Assembly (NCBI RefSeq): GCF_006345805.1
Contig: NC_043008.1
Coordinates: 53,010,001-53,074,000 of the forward strand
DNA from: Octopus sinensis
Lineage: Eukaryota
Direction of reading: 5' to 3'
Length of the DNA: 64,000 bases
Shown here in pieces: positions 23,970-37,157 of this stretch. The notes beneath the pieces were generated by a model. The model did not search any database. It saw only the letters and a list, made by a program, of their open reading frames with translations, and was not told the origin of the DNA. Position numbers and translations under genes: made by a program. How positions within the stretch are numbered: position 1 is the stretch's first letter; each line of letters begins with the position of its first letter.

Positions 23970-24370
23970 ATAGGCGCAGGAGTGGCTGTTTGGTAAGAAG
24001 CTTGCTTACCAACCACATGGTTCCGGGTTCGGTCCTACTGCGTGACACCTTGGGCAAGAGCCTACCATAGCCTCAGGCCGACCAAAGCCTTGTGAGTGGA
24101 TTTGGTAGACGGAAACGAAAGAAGCGTTTCGTATATATGTATATATGTATGTATGTGTGTGTGTATATGTTTGTGTGTCTGTGTCCCCCCAGCATTACTT
24201 GACAACCGATGCTGGTGTGTTTACGTCCCCGTAACTTAGCGGTCCGGCAAAAGAAACCGATAGAATAAGTATTAGGCTTACAAAGAATAAGTCCTGGAGT
24301 CGATTTGATTCGACTAAAGGCGGACTCCAGCATGGCCGCAGTCAAATGACTGAAACAAGTAAAAGAGTAA
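23970..24370 (+). mobile_element. Family-C tRNA-SINE, full length
   Basis: Head ATAGGCGCAGGAGTGGCTGTTTGGTAAG...GGTTCGGTCC...CACCTTGGGCAAG, internal (TA/TG)n, tail GAAACAAGTAAAAGAGT. Confidence 0.88.
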
Positions 24371-24411
24371 ATAGTATTCAATCGGTCTCTTATACTGAAC
24401 CACTATGTTAA

Positions 24412-24911
24412 CCCATTAACTGCCAAATTTTTTTATTCATATTTTTTGACTTTGCCATATGTCTTAGGAGTAAAAATGATATTTAGTATTTGAATTTTCT
24501 TCATATGTGAATTATTTTGGAAATTATGAAAAATTTTTCGAAAAGTATATTTATCCATTTCTATTCAATTGCAATAATAAACATTTCAGTTTTTTTTTTT
24601 TAAACTATAGTAACAAATGTGAAGGTGTATGAAATATTAATGAATGTTGATATAGATGGGAAATGTAAAGAAAAAAGAAAACGTTTTCAAAACAGTCAAT
24701 ATTTTTGTAGTTCAAACATTGCGATTTATGACATAAAATGTCCTTTACAATTAACCAGAGCTAATAATGACAAACTTTAACTATTAAATATTGTTAAACA
24801 CACCTCTGCAAATGCGATGTGCATGAGCAATTTACTTTAAATACAACGAACAACCAGCAGTGAGACTAGTTTTTAACAGATCCCCAAACGGGGCTCATGA
24901 CAGGCAATGGG
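24412..24911. mobile_element. Non-autonomous piggyBac-like element
   Basis: TTAA|CCCATTAACTGCC ... GGCAATGGG|TTAA: TTAA target duplication and CCC/GGG ends with an imperfect TIR; AT-rich non-coding interior. Confidence 0.65.
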
Positions 24912-25112
24912 TTAAGATGACAAACAAAACAACACCAGTTGTCAAAAAGTGGGGGCACAAAGAAGCATACATACATATAAATGTCAGGCTCATTTCAGTT
25001 TCCTTCTACCAAATCCACTCACGAGGCATTGATCGACACGGGGCTGTAGTAGAAAACACAAGATGACAAGCTGTGGGACTCGGAACCATGTAGTTGGGAA
25101 GTGGACTGGACT

Positions 25113-25362
25113 GGAAGCACTCCGTCGGTTACGACGATGAGGGTTCCGGTTGATCCGAATCAACGGAACAGCCTGCTCGTGAAATTAACGTGCAAGTGGC
25201 TGAGCATTCCACAGACACGTGCACCCTTAACGTAGTTCTCGGGGATATTCAGCGTGACACAGAGTGTGACAAGGCTGGCCCTTTGAAATACAGGTACAAC
25301 AGAAACAGGAAGAAAGAGTGAGAGAAAGTTGTGGTGAAAGAGTACAGCAGGGTTCACCACCA
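25113..25362 (-). mobile_element. Headless family-A SINE with tail type 2
   Basis: Reverse complement of 34650-34893 (...GTCACGCTGAATATCCC...GGAGTGCTTCC). Confidence 0.8.
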
Positions 25363-25440
25363 CGCCCTAACCGTCTTGTCACACGACTATGCCTCAAAAG
25401 ACGTCAATACATTTTATCTAATAATTATATAGTAAAGGGG

Positions 25441-25779
25441 AAAAGACCGCCTTCGGTCATGAATGACCATGGGATTGCTCCTAGAAAATTCCCCCTCCGA
25501 GGCATAAGACCGGGCAAGGTTATTTATGGAAGACCAGAAGTCACCCATGCATACCAGTCTCCCCTCTCCACACCCCTGATGTTAGCCAATGGAAAGGCAA
25601 AGGCCATGATACAGCTTGGTACCAGTGACGTCACAGTTTATTTCTGCAGTTGAGTGAACAAGAGCAATGTGAAAAAGTGTCTTGCTCAAGAAAACGCCAC
25701 ACAGCCCGGTCCAGGAATCGAACTCATTACTTCATGATTGTGATCCCGACGCTCTAACCACTGAGCCATGCGCCTTCAC
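25441..25779 (-). mobile_element. Family-D tRNA-SINE; other copies at ~54325-54650 (+) and ~31600-31779 (-, decayed)
   Basis: Minus-strand head GTGAAGGCGCATGGCTCAGTGGTTAGAGCGTCGGG...GAGTTCGATTCCTGGACCGGGC, followed by TTCTTGAGCAAGACAC (CORE-like, from memory). Confidence 0.8.
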
Positions 25780-25980
25780 ACCAGCTATAATTTATTTACT
25801 ACGTGATTAGTAAATAGGCTCATACGCACAAAGACACACATACATAGAGACAGACAGAAAGACAGACTGACACACAGACAGACTGATCAATATTATCAAG
25901 ATACTTTATAGGGAAGTTTACTTTTAAATACCTGCCTGTTTACATAGGTAGATGAATATAGTTGATATATTATTATATTA

Positions 25981-26383
25981 AGGCATAGGAGTGGCTGTGT
26001 GGTAAGTAACTTGCTTACGAACCACATGGTTCCAGGCTCAGTCCCACTACGTGGCACCTTGGGCAAGTGTCTTCTACTACAGCCTCGGGCCGACCAAAGC
26101 CTTGTGAGTGGATTTGGTAGACGGAAACTGAAAGAAGCCCGTCGTATATCTGTATGTATGTGTGTGTATATGTTTGTGTGTCCGTGTTTGTCCCCCCCCC
26201 CCAACATCGCTTGACAACCAATGCTGGTGTGTTTATGTCGCCGTAACTTAGCAGTTTGGCAAAAGAGAACCGATAGAATAAGTACTAGGCTTACAAAGAA
26301 TAAGTCCTGGGGTAGATTTGCTCGACTAAAGGCGGTGCTCCAGCATGGCCACAGTCAAATGGCTGAAATAAGTAAAAGAGTAA
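25981..26383 (+). mobile_element. Family-C tRNA-SINE, full length
   Basis: Same head, body and AAAAGAGT tail as 23970-24370. Confidence 0.88.
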
Positions 26384-27012
26384 ATGTGCTTAATTGAATA
26401 TACGAATGTCTTTATATACTCATACGCATGGTCATGGAATCATGTGGATTTGTGTGTGTGTATGTGTGTGTATGTGAGAGAAAGAGTGTGTGTGTGTGCG
26501 TGTGTGTGTTCTTGTAAAAGACTATGAATATATGTCAAGGCTGTGCCCCAGCATGGCCGCAGTCTAATGAGTGAAACAAGTAAAAGTAGAAAATATAATT
26601 ATTTATGAGTACGTGAATGTGTATATGTACGTACATACACATACAAACACGCACACATACACACACACATATATATATATATAAACATACATATGTATAT
26701 ATATGTGTGCGTGTATATGTGTGTGTATGTATATGTATATTTGTATGTATGTATATATGTACACGTATATTTGTATGTATGTGTGTATGTATGTAAGTAT
26801 GTATGTATGTATGTATGTATGTGTGTATGTATGTGTGTATGTATGTATGTATGTATGTATGTATGTATGTATGTATGTATGTATGTATGTGTGTGTGCAT
26901 ACCTGCTTCGAGGTATATATTTCATTTCGGAAGTGCTACGGCACACCGATATTACATACAGATTGAAAACGAAAAATTTATTATTGCCTGGCTGCTTGTC
27001 AGACTGCCTTCG

Positions 27013-27073
<61 letters not shown>

Positions 27074-27479
27074 GTACGCACGCACGCATGTTTAGCACCA
27101 TTCTTTCATTTGCTAACGTGCCCTTGCAAAGCATCTCGGTCTCCAAAGCAGCTAAATTAAACGTGAATTGTCTATATAATCCTGTGTGCGGTGCCTCACC
27201 TAGTAAAAAAAAAGTAAGGTGAAACGACCGCCACCCCCACCATCATCACTGGTTCTACCTCCACCTCTACCTTCCTCGCCACCAGATCGTATATTGCCAA
27301 GCTAATTTGATGTGGATCACGTGATTTCGTCATATTTTCACCCTACCTAGATATTTGAGTTTCTGCGGTTCTCCTCCTGCCAGATTCCTTCCTCTACCCC
27401 TCACCAAGTTAACTAAGTAAATTCTTCAGCATCTTCAGTGGTGTGCCATCTTAAATTGCTGCCTTTGCTTTCTAAGTTA

Positions 27480-28600
27480 ATGTGTCCCTGAAGAACTCTT
27501 CGTCCTCTTTAGTAAAAAATCTTCCATTCAACTATCTCTCTCTCTTAACTAGAATTATTTTGTTACCATTCAAACTAGCAGCTAACTTAACTAAATTTGT
27601 TATCATTTTAACTAGGTTATTTGCACAAAAACTAATTCATCGTTTCCTATACATTCCCTATTTGTCTAAATTTTAATCAAATCTTTGTGCAACATCCCCT
27701 TAATTAAACATAACGTCTATCTTAACTAGGTTAATTACTGTCTTAACTAAAATAGTCACCATCCAAATTAAAGTTATTTCCACTAAGTTAAGTATCATTT
27801 TAACTAAAATTTTTAACTAAATAGTCTTAACGAGTTTAGCTTCTGTCATAATTGAAATATTTACCTTCTGAATTAAGCTTATTATTGTAGCTAAGTTAGG
27901 TATCAGCTTAACTAAAGTTATTACTATCTTAATTAAACTACTATCTTTACTAAGTTGGTTTCCACTTTAGAAATCTGCCATCTTACCTCAATTTTCACTA
28001 TGTCAAGTTTTCATGTAAGGACCCACATTAGCTTGAATAGCTTTCCGTCTTAACTATTTTAGATGAATTTCTATGTTCAATATGATTTTAATTGACTACT
28101 ATCTTAACTAGGACAAGTTTACTATTTCTCCTGTTTAGGACCATCTTAATTAGAACCGCTACTTAACTGACCATCTTAATAACCATCAACTATTTTATAT
28201 AAACTGTTTTAACATCTTAATTAGGACATGTTACTACGTAACTATCACTCTTAATTACTACTATCTTAACTATATCATATTAACTGAATGAGCTAACATT
28301 TAATTTAAACTAATTTACTCAACAAGAATAATTTAACGAAGTACTGAAATTCTTATTCAACGTTTCCACATTAAATAGGTTGCTGACCAACATAATTAGG
28401 GAGCTATCTTTAACTAGTCTTTGTAGGCTAGCTATCTCCTTGACACTTTATCATTTCTAATTTCTATTCAACCAAAAAAATTTAATGATGTCCAGCAACC
28501 TCGTCTTAAGAGGAGTAAATCTCATCTTTACTAACTTGCCGTCTGTTTTATTATTTCAACAGTAAGTCGTCATCTCGACTGTCAGACATCTTAACTTGCT
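27480..28600. repeat. AT-rich region with a dispersed, aperiodic (C/T)ATCTTAACTA motif
   Basis: More than 15 TTAACT(A)/TTAATT variants, e.g. CTATCTTAACTAGG near 27717 and 28097 and CTATCTTAACTAT near 28261. Confidence 0.6.
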
Positions 28601-28714
28601 GTGAATGAACATGTGTTTATATAATCCTTTAATCTCATATGAAGTCAGACACTGTGACCTCTATATTGTAATTCAGCTACTAACTTGAGGTAACATAATT
28701 ATATAATATTAAAT

Positions 28715-29560
28715 GAGGCAGCGAACCTGTAGAATCGTCAGCGCGTTGGAAGAAGTGCTTGGCAGCATTTCTTTCGGCTGTTGACGTTCTGGGTTCAAAT
28801 TCCGCCAAGGTCGACTTGCTTTTCATCCTTTTTCGGTGTCGATGAAATAAGTACCACTTAAGCAGCTTGGTCAATCGATGTAATTGACTAACCTCCTCCT
28901 CCAGAATTTCAGGCTTGTATTCATAGCAGGAAGGATTAATATATATTAAACAAGGCGAGGCGGCGAGGTGGCAGAAACGTTAGCACGCCGGGCGAAATGC
29001 TTTGCAGTATTTCGTCTGCCGCTACGTTCTGAGTTCAAATTCCGCCGAGGTCGAATTTGCCTTTCATATTTTCGGAGTCGATTAAATAAGTACCAGTTAC
29101 GCACTGGGGTCGATATAATCGACTTAATCCCTTCGTCTGTCCTTGTTTGTCCTCTCTGTGTTTAGCCCCCTGTGGGTAGTAAAGAAATAGGTATTCCGTC
29201 TGCCGCTACGTTGTGAGTTCAAATTCCGCCGAGGTCGACTTTGCCTTTCATCCTTTCGGGGTCGATTAAATAAGTACCAGCTACGCACTGGAGTCGATAT
29301 AATCGACTTAATCCCTTTGTCTGTCCTTGTTCGTCTCATCTGTGTTTAACCCTTGTGGGTAGTAAAGAAATAGGAATTTTGTCAGCCGCTACGTTCTGAG
29401 TTCAAATTCCGCCGAGGTCGACTTTGCTTTTCGTCCTTTCGGGGTCAATTAAATAAGTACCAGTTACGCACTGGAGTCGATATAATCGACTTAATCCGTT
29501 TGTCTCTCCTTGTCTGTCCCCCTCTGTGTTTAACCCCTTGTGAGCAATAAAGAAATAAGA
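28715..29560 (+). mobile_element. Family-B SINE array: one alternative-tail copy followed by three head-to-tail copies (period 184/183 bp)
   Basis: GAGTTCAAATTCC at 29031, 29215 and 29398; junctions read AAAGAAATAGG|(T/A)ATT(C/T)(C/T)GTC. Confidence 0.9.
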
Positions 29561-30335
29561 TTGACCAGGATTGACTTTGGGCTAAACAACAGCAGCAACG
29601 ACCACAGCAACAACAACATCAACAAGAACATCTTCAACACCAACGTCGAAGTAATGTTTGTTTTTGCGCGTAGAATGATTCCTCACTCGCCCAAGCTAAA
29701 GTGATGTGGCCATCGTTGCTCTCATGTTCATAGTTACAATTTCTTCACACGTCTACATTACAGCATCAGTCTGATATGTTCGGAGGAAGAGGAGGAGGAG
29801 GAGGAGTAGGGGAGGAGGGGGGCGGCATTCCTCAGCTGTTTCTTCATAACCATGTAAGCGTTATTGTCACTCTATGTAGAGAATGCTCTACTACTCGTGT
29901 GTGTGTGTGTGCGTGTGATGGTGTACACGTATGTGATGCGAGAATGTACGTGAAAGAAGATAGAGGATAGAGGAGAGGCATGAGTTAAAGATGTTCCTCG
30001 TAGCCATCTCACCCACGCATGCGTGTAAGTGTGGTGCTGGGGGAGGGGAAGCGGGTGTTGGGGGACACGTGTGTGTGTTTGCGCATACTCTCTTTGAAGT
30101 TCAAGCATATATATATATATATACATATATATATGTGTGTGTGTGTGTGTATTTATATATGTATGTATTTATGTTTGTATATATATATATATATGTATGT
30201 ATATATATATATATGTGCAAGTATATATATGCATGTGTGTAAATATATGTATGTATGTATGTATGTATATATCTATATGTGTGTGTGTGTATGGATATAT
30301 ATGTGTATGTATATATGTATATATATATATATATG

Positions 30336-30367
<32 letters not shown>

Positions 30368-30732
30368 TATATGTATGTATGAATATATACATATATATAT
30401 ATATATATATATCTTTCAATCTCTTTTACTTCGTCTGGTTTCAGTCTTTAGCCTGTAGCCATGCTGTGGCACCGCCTTCAAGAATATTTTGTCGAAGGAA
30501 TAGACCCCAGTACTTATTATATATATATTTTTTGTTAAGTCTGGTAATTAATTTATCAATTTCTTTTGCTGAACCACTAAGTTACGGGAGCGTAAACGCA
30601 GACAGACAGACAGACAGGCACACATTCACGTATATCTATATACGCTAATGGTAACGGCAGCGAGTGATGGTAAGAGTACTCAACTCTTACATCTGATTAT
30701 AAATAACACCCAGCGAATTAAATCGTGTATGC

Positions 30733-30776
<44 letters not shown>

Positions 30777-31207
30777 CTCGTGTCCCGGTCGGTTTATTGG
30801 GCGGAAGAGATAAAATAAAGTTTAGTCTATCTGACGAAACGTTTTGACGTTTGGGGATACTCCAGTAAAATAGGTGACTAGATCAGGCAAACCAAACTAG
30901 TATACTCTGCTCTGTATGTTACCGAGAACTTCTGCTATTCGTTAACAAAAGTGTGAACACATACACACATATACATTCATACACATACGCAAACATATAC
31001 ACACATATATGTATATATGTGTGTGTGTGCTTATATATACATGTGTATATATATATATACACATGTATATTTACGTATATATATGTATACGTGTATATAT
31101 ATATATATACATACCCACGTATATATATATACACATATATGTATATATATATATATGTATATTTATGTATATATATGTATACGTGTATATATAATATGTG
31201 TGTGTTA

Positions 31208-31257
<50 letters not shown>

Positions 31258-31341
31258 TATACATATATATATATATATATATATGTATGTGTCTGTGTAC
31301 GTATATGTATACATATACATATGTATTCATATGTATTCATG

Positions 31342-31372
<31 letters not shown>

Positions 31373-32076
31373 ACAAACACACACATGGACACACACAAAC
31401 ACACACACGCACATACACAGATACACACACACACACACATATGCACATGTGGGTGTGTGTATTGTGGACTCTTCCGTCGTAGGCAGCAGATGAGTGTTCT
31501 GCAATCTATTTTGCTGCTGAACATCCTGCACAAATGATTTCATTACGGCGATCAAATAAGTATTCGTGCTGCACAAGAACTCACTTCCTCCGTGAAAACC
31601 ACATTACTTTGCAAAGGTGCTCGGTGTACCGCACGTCGTATGTCAGCGCGATCGCAGAACAACATGAAGGAAGTGTTTTTGTTCCTCCAGAACACAAAAA
31701 GCACTGCTTTTTCTGAGAATCGAGTCCACGACTTTGCGATTTTGTTTCGCAAGACCCTAACAATTAGGCCATGCGCCCTCATATATTTTCACTTGTTTCA
31801 GTATTGGGTTGCGATTAGGATGGGGCACCGCATTGAAGGGATTTATCAAAGAAATCAACCACAGCACTAACCTTGCTTATGCTATCGGTCTCTGTTGCTG
31901 AACAGCTATTTAGAAAGACGTAAATAAACCAGCACCGGTTGTCAAACGACAGCATAGGACAAACTGATACGTATACAGTCACACACAAACACACTCGCGC
32001 ACGCACACGTACACACACACACAGAGGTTTATGTATATATATATATATATATATATAGAGTATATAATATATATAT

Positions 32077-32691
32077 ATTCTTTTACTGTTTTACTTGTGT
32101 TAGCCATTGAATACAGCCATGCTAGAGCACCACCTTGAAGATTTTTAGTCGAACAAATCAACCCCAGGCCTTACTTTTTTAAGCTTAGTGTGTATGTGTA
32201 AGCTTAGTGTGTATTCTATCGGCCTCTTAGGCCGAACTGCTAGGTTACGGGGACGTAAACACAACAAGGTGGTGATGGGGCACAAACGCAGGCACAAAGA
32301 AAGACACACATGCATTGATATATGCACACAAGTTTTTCAGATGGCCAGATAACTGAAGAGATGGTGTTGTGGATTTCCACCTCGGCGTCTACGAAACTCA
32401 GAGTTTTATCTTGGCTATTGAATAATTGCCACATATTATTTTACAGATAAATTTCCTCTATTTACATAATATTGAGGTCTCTTTCTTTCTTTTGTTATCT
32501 TACCATTTTACCAATATATATATATACATACGACGGGCTTCTTTCAGTTTCCGCCTACTAAATCGGCTCACAAGTGTTTGGTCGATCCGAGGCTAAAGAA
32601 GTCACTTGTCCTCAGTCTTCCACGCAGTGGCATTGAATCCAAAACCATGTGATTGAGAGGCAAACTTCTCACCACACTGCTACAACTGCAC

Positions 32692-32697
<6 letters not shown>
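32077..32697 (-). mobile_element. Family-C SINE with a ~190-bp foreign insert (~32330-32515)
   Basis: Family-C tail at 32077-32280 and family-C head at 32530-32697 flank a non-C segment that contains a hammerhead motif. Confidence 0.75.
32342..32417 (+). ncRNA. Type I hammerhead ribozyme motif, fully canonical core
   Basis: TGGCCAGATAA / CTGAAGA / G...GTGGA-TT-TCCAC...C / GAAACT-CAG-AGTT / TTATCT-T-GGCTA. Stem I is 11 bp with one bulge, stem III is 3 bp, G10.1-C11.1 is present, and GUU cleavage is predicted after 32405. Confidence 0.75.
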
Positions 32698-32736
<39 letters not shown>

Positions 32737-32804
32737 CACGTGCGCATATATATATTTATATATATGTCTGTGTGTGTGTGTGCATGTGTATGTATATATG
32801 TGCA

Positions 32805-33041
32805 TATTTCTTTACTACCCACAAGGGGCTAAACATATAGGGGACAAACAAAGACAGACAAGGACAGACAAACAGATTATGTCGATTATATCGACCCCAG
32901 TGCGAACTGGTGCCTTATTTATCGACCCCGAAAGGATGAAAGGCAAAGTCGACCTCGGCGGAATTTGAACTCAGAACGTAATGACAGACGAAATAGCGCT
33001 AAGCATTTCGCCCGGCGCGCTAACGTTTCTGCCAGCTCGCC
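32805..33041 (-). mobile_element. Family-B SINE, full length; further copies at ~33960-34262, 42080-42312, 45158-45388, 46320-46520, 47035-47215, 51070-51195 and 62800-62935
   Basis: Reverse complement of GGCGAGCTGGCAGAAACGTTAGC...GAGTTCAAATTCC...GTAAAGAAATA. Confidence 0.88.
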
Positions 33042-34525
33042 TTATGTGCATATATATATATATATGATTATCTAATATGTATGTGCGTATCTAATATGTA
33101 TGTACGAATGTATATGTATGTGTGTGTGTGTGTGTGTGTGTCTGTCTGTCTGTCTATGTATGTGTCTGTGTGTGTGTGTGTGAACGTATGTGCACAAATA
33201 TATCTTTAGATTCACTCGTTCAATCTCACCATCCTACCTCTATACGATTAACCATATTACACACATTTCTTCATGGAACCATAAGCGATAGGCTTATCTA
33301 CACCAACACTGTCAACAACAACAACTATAACTTCTACTACAACGACTACTACAACCACCACCACCACCACCACCACCATCACTACTACTACCACTACTGT
33401 CGAGATAATTGTGTTTTGCTTCAATTTCCAAAAGTCCTACCGTCTAGAGATTTCTTGAATTACATCGAATATGTATCTCAGATTGTATTTTATTTCGTCT
33501 GGGTGGGTTGGCGGGGTGGGGTCGTGGTGCTGACAATTATTTCTCTGAAAGCTGCCGTGAAGCTCAACATCAACAGCCATGTTTATGAATCTATAATTAA
33601 TAACAACACGAGCAACAAGAAGAACAGTAACTTGAACGACGTAGACCGTCTTGCTAGAAATAGCAGTCAAGCTTTCTTCAAATAACACCGCGTTATGTTT
33701 TAAAAAGGGATTTGCCAGAAAATGTGGTGACGGTTTTTGTAAACAGAACGACGAGATGGCCACGTCTTGTACGTCTTCTATAACAATAAACGCGAAATTC
33801 TGTCTGTCTGGGACCCCTGTGTCTCAGTTTATATATGCTCTACATAGACATTATATACAATTTTGGAATCAGGATGATCCCGAGGTTGAAAATCTGCCCT
33901 TATTTGGTTCAGGAACGTCTAGCATTGGGGTCTAATTTAAAAGCATTTGGATTGATATTTCTTATTTCTTTACTGCCCACAACGGGCTACACACAGAGGG
34001 GACAAACATCAACGGAATTTGAACTCATAACGTAACGGCAGAAGAAATACCTATTTCTTTATTACCCACAAGGGGCTAAACACAGAGGGGGCAAACAAGG
34101 ACAGACAAAGGGATTAAGTCAATTATATCGGCCCCAGTGCGTAACTGGTGCTTATTTAATCGACCCCGAAAGTATGAAAGGTAAAGTCGACCCCAGCGGA
34201 ATTTGAACTCAGAACGTAACGACAGACGAAATATCGCTAAGCGTTTCTGCCAGCTCGCCGCCCTTCTTGGATTAATATTTCTATCAGGCAATGTTTGACT
34301 GACTCACGCCATCTTGGTCGGCGTTTGTCAAATGCCATCAGAGACCAAGGGGAAGGGAAATGACATTCGCTTCATTAATTTTACGTCGAGATAAGGACTT
34401 TGGGCAAATTGGCGAACAGTTGGGATTCGATTTGAGCCTGGAACAACAGAATGATTGCACCACAGAATTAATTCTCATCCGTCCTTAACCTCTGATCAAA
34501 CACCACCGGGGCATATAACCATTGT

Positions 34526-34893
34526 GGAGGCGCAATGGCCCAGTGGTTAGGGCAGCGGACTCGTGGCCATAGGATCGTGGTTTCGATTCCCAGACCGGGC
34601 GTTGTGAGTGTTTATTGAGCGAAAGCACCTAAAGCTCCACGAGGCTCCGGCAGGGATGGTGGTGATCCTGCTGTACTCTTTCACCACAACTTTCTCTCAC
34701 TCTTACTTCCTGTTTCTGTTGACCTGTATTTCAAAGGGCCGGCCTTGACACTCTCTGTGTCACGCTGAATATCCCGAGAACTACGTTAAGGGTACACGTG
34801 TCTGTGGAGTGCTCAGCCACTTACACGTTAATTTCACGAGCAGGCTGTTCCGTTGATTCGGATCTACGTCGTCGTAACCGATGGAGTGCTTCC
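34526..34893 (+). mobile_element. Family-A tRNA-SINE, full length with tail type 2
   Basis: Same head and 5' body as 659-960 up to CTTCCTGTTTCT, then an unrelated 3' half shared with 25113-25362. Confidence 0.85.
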
Positions 34894-35783
34894 TCCTTTT
34901 CCTCCATTTAACCATTATAGACGTATTATAATCATGCTATTTAGCTCCCCTTAGTTTTAGGCCGCAAGCGTGCGGACTATAAAGCTGGTTGATTATAAAT
35001 CTGCTCGGTCAAGGCTGACTGGAGCTAAGCCTGGATGACGTCGATGAGGACGACCACATTGACAATTACGACGATAAGAGCGGTAGACGCATCAACAACA
35101 ACAAAAACAACGACGATAATAACAGGAACAACAGCAACTAGGGCAGTGCAAACAACGACCATAACAGCGACAACAACAACAAAAGAGTGGAGGGGCAATG
35201 GCCCAGTGGTTAGGGCAGCTGACTCGCGGTCGTAAGAACGCAGTTTCGATTCCCAGACCGGGCATTGTGAGTGTTTATTGAACAAAAACACCTAAGCTCC
35301 ACGAGGCTCCGACGGAGAAGGGGTGAACCCTGCTGTGCTCTTTCACCACAACTTTCTCTCACTCTTTCTTCCTACTTCTGTCACAAAGCAGAGGAACCAT
35401 GATGTAACCCACTATGGTGTGGTAAACTTTCAGACCCTAGTCTAGATTGCGATTCCTCTGTTCCCCAGGATGGTTCAGCTCTTCACCCGTTAAAAATCCC
35501 CCGTTTACGGAATGAGAATAACAGCGTAGCTTTCGCGCCCGTGCAACCGCCAGTGTATCGCGTGTGGTGGGTGAATCTTCAAGTTGCCACACGCACTCTT
35601 AGTAGCTTAGAGTAGGCTCGAATTAGAGATTATTCTTTTGTGGCTAATGGCGTGAGTCCTGATTGGAAGAAGAAGAAGAAGAAGAAGAAGAAGAAGAAGA
35701 AGAAGAAGAAGAAGAAGAAAAAGAAGAAGAACAACAACAATAGTGCTGATGATGCTAACAACAACAAGAGCAACAACGCCGGC

Positions 35784-35840
<57 letters not shown>

Positions 35841-36132
35841 AAAGAACGGCAAGAGTAATATGTTCAACAACAACAACAGCAACGACGACGACAGTTGCTG
35901 TCACAATGGCAATGACAACAACAACAACATCAACGATGACGATGACGATGACGATGATAGCGACAACAACGACAACAACAACAGCAATGAAGATGACAGC
36001 GTTTAGACTTACGATCGAAAATATTCCAGTAGCAAGTGAATGACAATCCATTGTCACAACAACGGCAACTACTATTACTACTACTGCGGCTACTGCTGCT
36101 GCTACTACAACAACAACTACTACTAATACTAC

Positions 36133-36165
<33 letters not shown>

Positions 36166-37044
36166 AATTAAAACCACAAGGGACAAGAAGTATGAAGTAC
36201 ATTGCCAAAATAAACATCAAGAATAATTAGAACAACGGAAGCTGGTTTGCAACTTTTAGTTGCCGTTGTAGTTGCAGTGGTGGTGGTGGTGGCGGCGGCG
36301 GTGGGTGGTGGTGGTGGTGGTGATGAAGGTAGACACTTGCCATTGTCAGGTCTATGATGTGTATGGCACGAATGTAAATATTGATTCTTTACATAAGTAT
36401 GGTATTATGGCGTATTGGTGATGGCACAGAGGGAAAAAAAAAACCAATCGATTATATTGATCTCAGTACTTGACTGGTACTTTATTTTATCGACTCTGGA
36501 ATGACGAAAGGAGAAACTGACTTGGGCAAGATTTGAACTCAGAACTCAAAGTCCATTTACTTAACACTGCAAGTTATTTAGACAACAAGTACGATACCAT
36601 CTCGTATATCTAACAATAGTGAGTTAGTAAAAGAAGGGGTTCGATCAACATTAATGCAGCACCACGCTGTCATTACTACTACCGATACCACTGCCGACAT
36701 TACAAATATCAACAACAACAACTCTACAGGGCTAACAACAACAACAACATTACACCACTACACCACCAACAACACCATCATCACAAAACTACAATACTAT
36801 TTCTATATGACATCAACAACAGCACGACACAACGCCAATAACACCAAACCACCAGCAACAATACTACGCTACACTACACCATCAACAACAGCATTCTATT
36901 ACATCACGCCACCATCACGAACAGTAACATACTTTTCATATCAGCACCAATAATAACGTCACACACACCACACATACACACGCTTAAATGCGTATTTGTG
37001 TGCATAACTTTATCTATTTCGGGGTACACCGTTAAAAACGATTT

Positions 37045-37157
<113 letters not shown>

